DNA from: Rhodospirillales bacterium | Lineage (GTDB): Bacteria; Pseudomonadota; Alphaproteobacteria; Micavibrionales; Micavibrionaceae | Direction: 5' to 3' | Length of the DNA stretch: 64,000 bases | NCBI GenBank assembly: GCA_020638365.1 | Contig: JACKIQ010000005.1 | Coordinates: forward strand, 50,509-114,508 | In this document: piece by piece, positions 28,720 to 36,058 of the stretch | Layout: the number at the start of each line of letters is the position of its first letter | Position numbering within the stretch: position 1 is the stretch's first letter | Made by a program: the position numbers and the translations under genes | Notes under the pieces: model-generated | Told to the model about the DNA's origin: nothing | Databases searched by the model: none | The model's input: only the letters and a program-made list of their open reading frames with translations

Positions 28720-30261
28720 ATGGTTTTGCAAAAATCTCGTTTTCTTGATCGTCTGGAAGGAAGGCTGTACACGCGGCAAAGCGGCGCTTCGCTGGCGGTA
28801 TTCAGGATCCTTGTCGGAATCCTGATTCTCAAGGACGTGCGCAATCATTTCCTGCTCATCAAGTACCATCTGGAGTCCATCCCGTCCGATTTTATGATGC
28901 ATTACTACGGTTTTGAGTGGGTCAAGCCCCTCCCGTGGTTCATAGCTATTCAGGAAATTGTCCTGCCCCTCGCCGTGCTGTGCGTGATTTTCGGACTGTT
29001 CTATCGCGTGGCGATGCCCCTGACCACGCTGATGATCGCTTATGTCTTCCTGCTTTTCCCGGAGCATTACCTGAACCACTATTACATGCTCCTGCTGTTC
29101 TGCACGCTGATGAGCTTTATGCCTGCGAGCCGGACTTGGTCGCTGGACGCCCTGATAAAAAAGCGAACCGATGAGGGCGTGCCCGCATGGTGCTACTGGA
29201 TCCTAAGGGGTCAGACCGAAATCGTCCTTATCTATGCAGGATTGGTCAAAATCAATCCGGACTGGCTGAACCTGCAACCCCTTTCAACGTGGCTGCGCGC
29301 CGATTTTCATGACGTCCCGGTCATCGGCGGACTCTTTTACTACGATTTCACGATATTTTTGGGCGCTTACGGAATCATCCTACTGCATACGATCGGTGCG
29401 CCGCTCTTGATGTGGAGCAAAGCGCGGCCATGGATATTCGGCCTTTATGTGTGTTTTCACCTGACCAACAGCATGATTTTCGATATCGGGATGTTCCCGT
29501 TCCTGACGATCGGGGCGACGCTGTTGTTTTTCAACCCGGACTGGCCGCGAATTCTCTATTTCGGGAAGGGTGCGCCGCAGACCTTCACCGCTGAGAATAA
29601 ACCCGAAGAAGAAAAACAAGGTAGGCGCGGGCTGGTCACCGGCCTTCTGATAACCTGGCTGGGAGTGCAGGCCCTTCTCCCCCTGCCCGCTCTGATGTCC
29701 TCGAACCTCCAAACGGCGTGGACGGGACACAGGGATTTGTTTTCATGGCGCATGATGCTCAACCAGAGAACTCTGCCTGTCGCGGTTTTTGTGGCCTACA
29801 TGCCGGAAAAACATACCGTGGCGTTCGTGCCTCTGAGAAAGTACATCAGCAAGCGCCAGTGCCAGCGTAGTGTCTGGAAACCAAATCTGACCGTACAGGT
29901 CGCTCGATATCTGAAAAAGAGATATGCGGAAAGGTACGAGACGCCGGACGTTGAGATTCGCGCCTATATCCTCAATGCCGTCAATTACCGGGAACCCGAA
30001 CTCTGGGCCGACCCGTCCGCGAATCTTGCGGCCTACGTCCCCATCTACGGCGTCCATGAGTGGCTGGAACCCGTCGACAATCCTCTTCGCAGCTGGCTGG
30101 AATTGATCCGTGCTCCGAAAGTCGCGCGGCCCACCTACCGCCAAGTTTTAAAGGCGATGCGATTGCCGGAAGGCGCCACTGTCGCTTTCGATCAGAACGG
30201 CGCCGAACTTGATTCAACGGTTCCCGATATCGAATGCAACGCCCTTTATCAGGAAGACTGA
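28720..30261 (+). CDS. HTTM domain protein (vitamin K-dependent gamma-carboxylase-like)
   Basis: 513 aa. The N-terminal ASLAVFRILVGILILKD and multiple TM helices are typical of HTTM. Soluble C-terminal domain of ~180 aa. Confidence 0.7.
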   Translation: MVLQKSRFLDRLEGRLYTRQSGASLAVFRILVGILILKDVRNHFLLIKYHLESIPSDFMMHYYGFEWVKPLPWFIAIQEIVLPLAVLCVIFGLFYRVAMPLTTLMIAYVFLLFPEHYLNHYYMLLLFCTLMSFMPASRTWSLDALIKKRTDEGVPAWCYWILRGQTEIVLIYAGLVKINPDWLNLQPLSTWLRADFHDVPVIGGLFYYDFTIFLGAYGIILLHTIGAPLLMWSKARPWIFGLYVCFHLTNSMIFDIGMFPFLTIGATLLFFNPDWPRILYFGKGAPQTFTAENKPEEEKQGRRGLVTGLLITWLGVQALLPLPALMSSNLQTAWTGHRDLFSWRMMLNQRTLPVAVFVAYMPEKHTVAFVPLRKYISKRQCQRSVWKPNLTVQVARYLKKRYAERYETPDVEIRAYILNAVNYREPELWADPSANLAAYVPIYGVHEWLEPVDNPLRSWLELIRAPKVARPTYRQVLKAMRLPEGATVAFDQNGAELDSTVPDIECNALYQED

Positions 30262-30273
30262 TGAAACTAAAAC

Positions 30274-30537
30274 TTGACACGAATCGTCATCGCGATCATA
30301 GTCCGCGCTCCGCTCGGGAATGAGCCCGGCGGAAGAAAAGGTCTTTTCGAAATGAAACGCTTTTTGAACATACGCACAATGAATGCCGGGATGCTGCCCA
30401 TAGAGCGGCCAGAACGCGCATTCGATCAGCTGTGCCTGAAGGAGAGTTCCAGACCGAAGCGGTAGGTTTACCGCCTAATATTTCAAACGGATTTGAACTC
30501 TCCCAAAGCCAGACTTTCGGAGAGTTTTTTTATTTTT
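30274..30537 (+). promoter_or_regulatory. rtcB leader: sigma70-like promoter plus terminator/antiterminator element
   Basis: TTGACA (30274-79), 17 nt, CATAGT (30297-302). GGAGAGTT occurs twice (30441-48 and 30519-26), and both copies are complementary to AACTCTCC (30496-503). Confidence 0.55.
30496..30537 (+). terminator. intrinsic terminator upstream of rtcB
   Basis: 8-bp stem AACTCTCC/GGAGAGTT extended by AAAG/CTTT, loop CCAGA, then TTTTTTTATTTTT. It ends 11 nt before the rtcB SD. Confidence 0.8.
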
Positions 30538-30558
30538 GCCTGATGACAGGAGATTCAA

Positions 30559-31767
30559 ATGAGTGAGCATGTAACAATCGAAGTGGGCGGGGCACCCGTC
30601 AAAGCGTGGGTTAAGGGCGTTCCCTTTGAAATGGAGGCGCAGCTTCAGGTCGGAAACATCGCGCGTCTTCCGATTATCCATTCGCACGTGGCCGTGATGC
30701 CCGACGTTCATATGGGCAAAGGCGCGACTGTGGGATCGGTGATCGCCACGAACGGCGCGATCATCCCCGCCGCTGTGGGTGTGGATATCGGGTGCGGGAT
30801 GATGGCCATGCGCACGAGCCTGACCAGCGGGAAACTGCCTGACAGCCTAGCCGCGATCCGCCGCGAGATCGAGAAAGCGGTTCCGCACGGCGGGATCGGG
30901 ATCAAGGGCGGATGGAAAGACGGGGTGCCGAATTCCGTGGCCAGACGCTTTGCCGTTTCCGGCCTTGCCAAGGGGCTGGATATCATCGAAGACAGGCATC
31001 CGGCGATTGCCGGGGCGCATCACGTCACTCATCTCGGCTCTTTGGGATCGGGCAATCATTTTATCGAGGTCTGCCTCGATGAAGAGGATCGCGTGTGGGT
31101 GATGCTGCATTCGGGCAGTCGCGGCGTCGGCAACCGTATCGGCACGTACTTTATCGAAAAGGCGCGGGAATCCCTGATTAAAAAAGGGATCGGCCTGCCC
31201 GATAAGGATCTGTCGTGGCTTGAAGAGGGCGAGCCCCTGTTCAACGATTATATCGAGGCTTTGCTGTGGGCGCAGGATTTCGCCCGTCAGAACCGCGAGG
31301 TGATGATGGAGCGCGTGCTGAACGTGATGCGCAAGATGCTGACGCGCTTTACGATCGAAAAGCAGGCGGTGAACTGCCATCACAACTACGTGGCCCGCGA
31401 GCATCATTTCGGGGCGGATATCTGGCTGACCCGCAAGGGCGCGGTGAGCGCCCGCGAGGGTGAGCTGGGCATCATTCCCGGCAGCATGGGCGCGAAGTCC
31501 TATATCGTACGCGGCAAGGGGAACAAGGACTCGTTCTGTTCCTGCTCGCACGGGGCCGGACGGCGTATGAGCCGGACGCAGGCGAAAAGCACGTTCACGC
31601 TGGCGGATCACAGGGAAGCCACCAAGGGCGTTGAATGCCGCAAGGACTCCGGTGTTATCGACGAAACCCCCGCGGCCTACAAGGATATCGACGCGGTCAT
31701 GGCGGCTCAGACCGATCTTGTCGATATCGTGCATACGCTGCGTCAGGTTATTTGCGTGAAGGGATAG
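30559..31767 (+). CDS. rtcB: RNA-splicing ligase RtcB
   Basis: 402 aa with an AGGAG SD. Motifs VAVMPDVHMGKGATVGSV, GVDIGCGM, GSGNHFIE and HGAGR. Confidence 0.95.
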   Translation: MSEHVTIEVGGAPVKAWVKGVPFEMEAQLQVGNIARLPIIHSHVAVMPDVHMGKGATVGSVIATNGAIIPAAVGVDIGCGMMAMRTSLTSGKLPDSLAAIRREIEKAVPHGGIGIKGGWKDGVPNSVARRFAVSGLAKGLDIIEDRHPAIAGAHHVTHLGSLGSGNHFIEVCLDEEDRVWVMLHSGSRGVGNRIGTYFIEKARESLIKKGIGLPDKDLSWLEEGEPLFNDYIEALLWAQDFARQNREVMMERVLNVMRKMLTRFTIEKQAVNCHHNYVAREHHFGADIWLTRKGAVSAREGELGIIPGSMGAKSYIVRGKGNKDSFCSCSHGAGRRMSRTQAKSTFTLADHREATKGVECRKDSGVIDETPAAYKDIDAVMAAQTDLVDIVHTLRQVICVKG

Positions 31768-31836
31768 GTTATGCGCTGCAACCTCTCCCGCAAGCGTGAG
31801 TTCCGAATACCCCCGCAAGACAGGTTTTTGTTTTGC

Positions 31837-31928
31837 GGGGGCGTAGCTCAACGGCAGAGCAGCGGGTTTATACCCCGTAGCGCCAGATAAGCGGCAGGTT
31901 GTGGGTTCGAATCCCACCGCCCCTACCA
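31837..31928 (+). tRNA. atypical 92-nt tRNA, anticodon UAU (Ile-type), with a 22-nt variable region
   Basis: GGGGGCG-TA-GCTC-AACGGCA-GAGC-A-GCGGG-TTTATAC-CCCGT-[AGCGCCAGATAAGCGGCAGGTT]-GTGGG-TTCGAAT-CCCAC-CGCCCCT-A-CCA. U8, A14, G18G19 and TTC are all present. Confidence 0.7.
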
Positions 31929-31938
31929 AAACACCGCC

Positions 31939-32379
31939 TTAATCCCCCCGCCACGTGCGTGTCTTTTTGTGCTCCTTGAGCCACGCCAGAACGCCTTTCA
32001 TCTTCTGTTCAAAATCAGCCTGAAAAAACGGTTTGATAATGTAGGAGGTAATCCCGTGCTCCATAGCCTCCAGAACACGCTCCTTTTCCGCCTCCGCGGT
32101 GACCATGACAAGGGCAAGACCATCATAAGCTCTATCGGCACGAACGGCCTTAAGGACATCCAGTCCGGACATTCTGGGCATGGTCCAGTCCAGCAAAACG
32201 ATATCGAATTCCCCGGACTTGATAAGCTCCAGCGCCTCCGCCCCGTCCTGGGCGTAGGAAAAGTCGATAAAACCCATTTCGGCGCAGCTATTCTTGACCA
32301 TAGTGCGGACCACCATGTGATCGTCAACGATCAGAACCTTGATATCCTTGGGGTGAAGCAAACTCCGCACCTGTAACAT
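31939..32379 (-). CDS. single-domain response regulator (CheY-like)
   Basis: 146 aa. Motifs KVLIVDDHMVVR, DIVLLDWTMPRMSG and SYIIKPF. Confidence 0.85.
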   Translation of the reverse strand: MLQVRSLLHPKDIKVLIVDDHMVVRTMVKNSCAEMGFIDFSYAQDGAEALELIKSGEFDIVLLDWTMPRMSGLDVLKAVRADRAYDGLALVMVTAEAEKERVLEAMEHGITSYIIKPFFQADFEQKMKGVLAWLKEHKKTRTWRGD

Positions 32380-32584
32380 GAGCTAAAAGCAAATAATAAC
32401 GATAAAAAAAGAGTTGAACATTTATAGTAAGCAACTGAATAATTGGCAAATTTTAACAAAAAAATCAACACAGCCTCTATGAGTGATACTGAGCCCGGTA
32501 AATATGATTATTTGACCAAGGCCATAAAGGTATAATATAGAATATAAGGAAGAAGAAGTAAGAATAGATATAAGAGGGTTAATC

Positions 32585-33016
32585 ATGAGTATTGTCGTAG
32601 TTATAAATCCTGGAACGGAACGCTGTCGGGATTTTTTCAATTTCCTGTCCGCGGACAAACATCGCCTCTCCCGCCGCTGGCCCGACAATGTCGGCCTGAC
32701 CGAAATGACCAAGGCCGGCATCGACGCCACTGATTACGGCTGGTACATCAACGACCTGCAGCACGCGCGAATTGAGCGGATCGAAGGACCAAACGGTGAA
32801 GCGCATGACGACAACCATGGCATGTTCCGCATCGCCTTCGACCAAATGAGCGAGGGCACGCCCGCCGTTCTCGAAGCCCTGACGCATATGTCGAACACCC
32901 GCAGCGGCAACCGCCATCTGCGCTCGGCCCATTATCTGGAGCAAAACGGCCGCCTGACCCCCGTCAGCGGAAAATCCGAACCAGTTGAATTCGAACCGGA
33001 TACGCTGGAAGCGTAA
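32585..33016 (+). CDS. hypothetical protein
   Basis: 143-aa ORF with AGAGGG upstream of the ATG, after an AT-rich intergenic region. Preferred over the overlapping reverse 159-aa ORF. No motif recognised. Confidence 0.45.
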   Translation: MSIVVVINPGTERCRDFFNFLSADKHRLSRRWPDNVGLTEMTKAGIDATDYGWYINDLQHARIERIEGPNGEAHDDNHGMFRIAFDQMSEGTPAVLEALTHMSNTRSGNRHLRSAHYLEQNGRLTPVSGKSEPVEFEPDTLEA

Positions 33017-33077
33017 TGAAAACGGAAGCACTAATGTCCGGTACGCAGTAAAAACCAAAACTTTAAAAAAATTATGC

Positions 33078-35927
33078 TCAAGGCTCTGGATCGACGATCA
33101 GGAACGGATCGGCGTCAATCGTGCTGCCAGCATCCAATGTGACTTCCGCCGGCAAAAGACCCGCAGGATTGCCCCACCAGTTACCCTCGGCCATAAGGTT
33201 CCCGCCGTCCAGATCGACCCGGATTTCCGTGCTGTTATTCCCGAAAATCCGGTTATTCCCCGTACTGCCCAAAACACCGCCACCCAGATCAACGGTAGAA
33301 GCCAGACTGGAATCATCGTCTATGAACACGCCGTGTACAGTATTTCCGTTCGATGTATTTCCCTGGACCTTGGCAGAAACGCGTCCGTTATTTAAAGCCT
33401 GCAAAAGCAGACCATAAGTATTTCCCGTGACTGTATTTGAAGAAATTGTTCCGCTGACGTATGTATCAACAATGCTGCGCAATGCAATTCCTGCAAAATT
33501 TCCGCTGGCCGAATTGTTGTAAATATTGGCCGTCGCAGTCGCCGTATCGGTCACCGCCTGAACAAGTATGCCGTACTGAAGATTGTTATTTGAAACATTG
33601 TCGTGAATATCGGTCGTCAGGCTCGCTGTATTCTGTGTGTATTGATATATTCCCAGATGCCCGTTCCCGTTTGCGGTATTTCCGGAAATGGTACTGGTGA
33701 TCTGCGAAGTGTTGCTTGAATTAGTTTGCAAACCCACTGCTTGAGTCGACCCGACATTGTTATTCGCTGTGTTATCAACAAGACTGAGAGTTGCCTGGCT
33801 ATTATGAACAGTCTGAAGCCTGAAACCCTCATCGAAATTAGAACTGAAATCGTTACCCTGAACATCTAGATCGGTCTGCGAATCTTCATAGTTTGTAACG
33901 ACCATTCCGGTTATGCCGCTCGCAGTCACTCTGTTACCTCTAAAATCACCGTTAAAAAAACTGAAATTACGAACCGTTGCAGCAATGCCGTTATTACCGC
34001 TACCCGTGATCGTATTGTCCCGGATATCGGCGTTTATAGTACTGTCATGGTACGATTCAAAAATAAGCCCTCGGCTTACTGAGTTTCTGATCGTACTATC
34101 CCTCAGTATAATATTCGTAACCGCGTCATAGAAAGAGAAGATATAGACGCCTTCTATATTGGCATCAAAAAGACTGTCAGAAGCCGTGACGCTGACAATA
34201 CTCTCATTATTGGACTGAATCTGCAATCCACGCCCCAGCCCTGTGGTGTTATTCCGAATAATGCTGTTTGAAAAATCAACGCTCATCCGGCTGCTCACAT
34301 AACCGTTTAGGTAAACGCTCCTGTCGGAATCGTTATCGGACAGAAAATTATCAAAACGCCCCGTTATTTGACTAGTCAAATTCGTCTGCATAAACACGCC
34401 GTTCGAAGCGTTGTTTTTGGTGATGCTGTCAAGGACATCCACGTTCAGAACCGCATCGCTCGAAGTCTGGATATCCAGCCCCCGCCCGCCGTTATTATCC
34501 GCCGTCACCCCCTCAAGTATCAGAGAATTCGAACTGCCCGCGGCGTTGTAATAAGCATCCAGCCCGTCAAACGTGTTATTCCGAAGAATGACATTGGAGA
34601 TTGAAAGATTGTCTACATTATCGACATCCATCCCGAAAGTGCTGGCCCCGTCTACGGTTAAGCCCGCCACTTTGACATCGTCGGCAATCACTCTTATGCC
34701 GCTTCCACCGATATTGGAGAGAACCGGCGCGCTCGTAGCCTGTGCGAGCAAAAGCGATGAATTATCTACGGCGTTGCCGTTATGTGTGGCGAATATACCG
34801 CGATCATAGTAAAAATCTGCGCCGCTGCCGACCAACTGCTGCCCCGTCTGGTTAAGGGTAATCCCTGTATTCTGATTGGCAGACGTCCCGTCCCCTTCAT
34901 GAACATAGATAATGCTGTGCGCCGTGGCTGCGGCCTGCGCGTTCGCAAGCGTATTGAACGGCGCCTCCACGCTGCCGTCCCCGCCACCTACCGCCATGTT
35001 ATCGACATGCAGCACAACCTGCGAACTGCCCGTAGCGATATTATCGACCACCACACGATCACCTGTATCTACGACCTTCTGTCCGGTCACGATATCGATA
35101 TCCCGCTCCGGCGCGTCGTCCAGCCGCCCGCGCAGCCCATCCGACCGGAAGCTTTTCTTATGCCCGAAAGGAAAGCGCAAGGTCGCCTCTAAAAACCCCT
35201 GGCTCCCGCGCTCGTCATCCCTCTGGAAACGCGCTCCGATTTGGACATCCGGAGTGATATCGGCGGCAACCCGCACGCGCCACCCGGCAATATTCTCGGT
35301 ATTCGGCCCGTCGAAGTAATACCCTCCGCCGTAAACCCGCACAGCGTCCGTATGCTCACGGATCAGCCCGATCTTCTGCCCCAGTTCCCAGCCGACCTCG
35401 ATATCGAACCCCGCCTGTGCTTCTTCAAGGGCGGTGCCGTCCGTATCCACCACGATCCCCGTTCCGGCAAACTCCGGTCCTTTCGGATCGGTGTTTGGAA
35501 CCGTAAAACGCCGCTCGTCCGAAAGGGGAATATAACCATTGGCCAGAATGTCCAGCGCCTCCCCGCGCCATTCCGCGCCTAACGTAATCTGGTGGAACGT
35601 GGAATCGTTCTCTGTGATCCGGCGGTCGAACCAGCCATTGACCCCGGCCACGCCCTTGCCAAGAATGGGCGCAGTCGTGATAGTACGGTAACCGATCCCG
35701 AAATTCCCCTCGTGATTATCCTGATCGTCGCCCATCAGACGGACATCGGCATAAAGAACGCTATCCTCGTCCTGCAGAATAGGCGCCCAGAAATCCGTCA
35801 TCAGAATCGAACGCTCGGTGCCGTACCGCCAGTTTACCTCCGCCCGGCCCTTGAGTGGCTCCGGGTCGGCAAACGCAGGATTCGCTGGACACAGCAAGGC
35901 GCACCCGCTCAAAAGAGACAGGATCAC
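33078..35927 (-). CDS. inverse autotransporter (intimin/invasin-type beta-barrel) with a parallel beta-helix repeat passenger
   Basis: 949 aa. The N-terminal GNFGIGYRT..GVNGWFDRR..LGAEWRGEALDILANGYIPLS matches the IAT beta-domain. The remainder is ~20 PbH1-like repeats (N..S.N...G) ending ..EGNWWGNP. Confidence 0.7.
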   Translation of the reverse strand: MILSLLSGCALLCPANPAFADPEPLKGRAEVNWRYGTERSILMTDFWAPILQDEDSVLYADVRLMGDDQDNHEGNFGIGYRTITTAPILGKGVAGVNGWFDRRITENDSTFHQITLGAEWRGEALDILANGYIPLSDERRFTVPNTDPKGPEFAGTGIVVDTDGTALEEAQAGFDIEVGWELGQKIGLIREHTDAVRVYGGGYYFDGPNTENIAGWRVRVAADITPDVQIGARFQRDDERGSQGFLEATLRFPFGHKKSFRSDGLRGRLDDAPERDIDIVTGQKVVDTGDRVVVDNIATGSSQVVLHVDNMAVGGGDGSVEAPFNTLANAQAAATAHSIIYVHEGDGTSANQNTGITLNQTGQQLVGSGADFYYDRGIFATHNGNAVDNSSLLLAQATSAPVLSNIGGSGIRVIADDVKVAGLTVDGASTFGMDVDNVDNLSISNVILRNNTFDGLDAYYNAAGSSNSLILEGVTADNNGGRGLDIQTSSDAVLNVDVLDSITKNNASNGVFMQTNLTSQITGRFDNFLSDNDSDRSVYLNGYVSSRMSVDFSNSIIRNNTTGLGRGLQIQSNNESIVSVTASDSLFDANIEGVYIFSFYDAVTNIILRDSTIRNSVSRGLIFESYHDSTINADIRDNTITGSGNNGIAATVRNFSFFNGDFRGNRVTASGITGMVVTNYEDSQTDLDVQGNDFSSNFDEGFRLQTVHNSQATLSLVDNTANNNVGSTQAVGLQTNSSNTSQITSTISGNTANGNGHLGIYQYTQNTASLTTDIHDNVSNNNLQYGILVQAVTDTATATANIYNNSASGNFAGIALRSIVDTYVSGTISSNTVTGNTYGLLLQALNNGRVSAKVQGNTSNGNTVHGVFIDDDSSLASTVDLGGGVLGSTGNNRIFGNNSTEIRVDLDGGNLMAEGNWWGNPAGLLPAEVTLDAGSTIDADPFLIVDPEP

Positions 35928-36058
35928 CTTATGAACACGCCGCTGCTGAATCTCGCATACGATAATATGAAGCCACCAGTAAAATATGGTTTTTTACTGG
36001 ATTCATTATGAAATAAATTAGTTATAATTTTATGAAATTTTTAACTATACTGAGTTTA

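Noticed and set aside
30274-30465. 63-aa ORF upstream of rtcB as a protein-coding gene
   Set aside because: Its TTG start is the TTGACA -35 box itself. It has no SD and an Arg/Pro/Gly-rich, non-protein-like N-terminus. Only its last 37 codons are considered, as a possible leader peptide.
30303-30540. The rtcB leader as a T-box, a Y RNA (as in rsr-yrlA-rtcB operons) or a two-piece tmRNA
   Set aside because: There is no UGGN T-box bulge complementary to an NCCA end. There is no T-loop (GTTCGA) or tRNA-like module. There is no rsr gene nearby, no long 5'/3' terminal Ro-binding stem, and no tag reading frame ending in ..AA-stop.
27554-31836. Genomic island integrated at tRNA-Tyr and bounded by a repeat of its 3' end
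   Set aside because: The only similarity found is GAGTTCCGAATACCCCCGC (31796-31814) versus GGTTCGAATCCTACCCCCTCC. It is short, gapped and mostly generic T-loop sequence. No integrase or other mobility gene is present. The accessory flavour of the genes is noted, but the island call is unsupported.
30847-31929. 360-aa reverse ORF
   Set aside because: It is antisense to the strongly conserved rtcB and begins inside the tRNA gene (MVGAVGFEPTT is a translated T-arm). This is a classic artefact.
33100-35000. Periodic nucleotide repeats as a possible CRISPR or tandem-repeat array (also the GGTCCGGG-type repeats at 18105-18160)
   Set aside because: The periodicity is imperfect and in frame. It corresponds to PbH1 beta-helix coils and a Pro/Gly tail, respectively. 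There are no invariant direct repeats with unique spacers.
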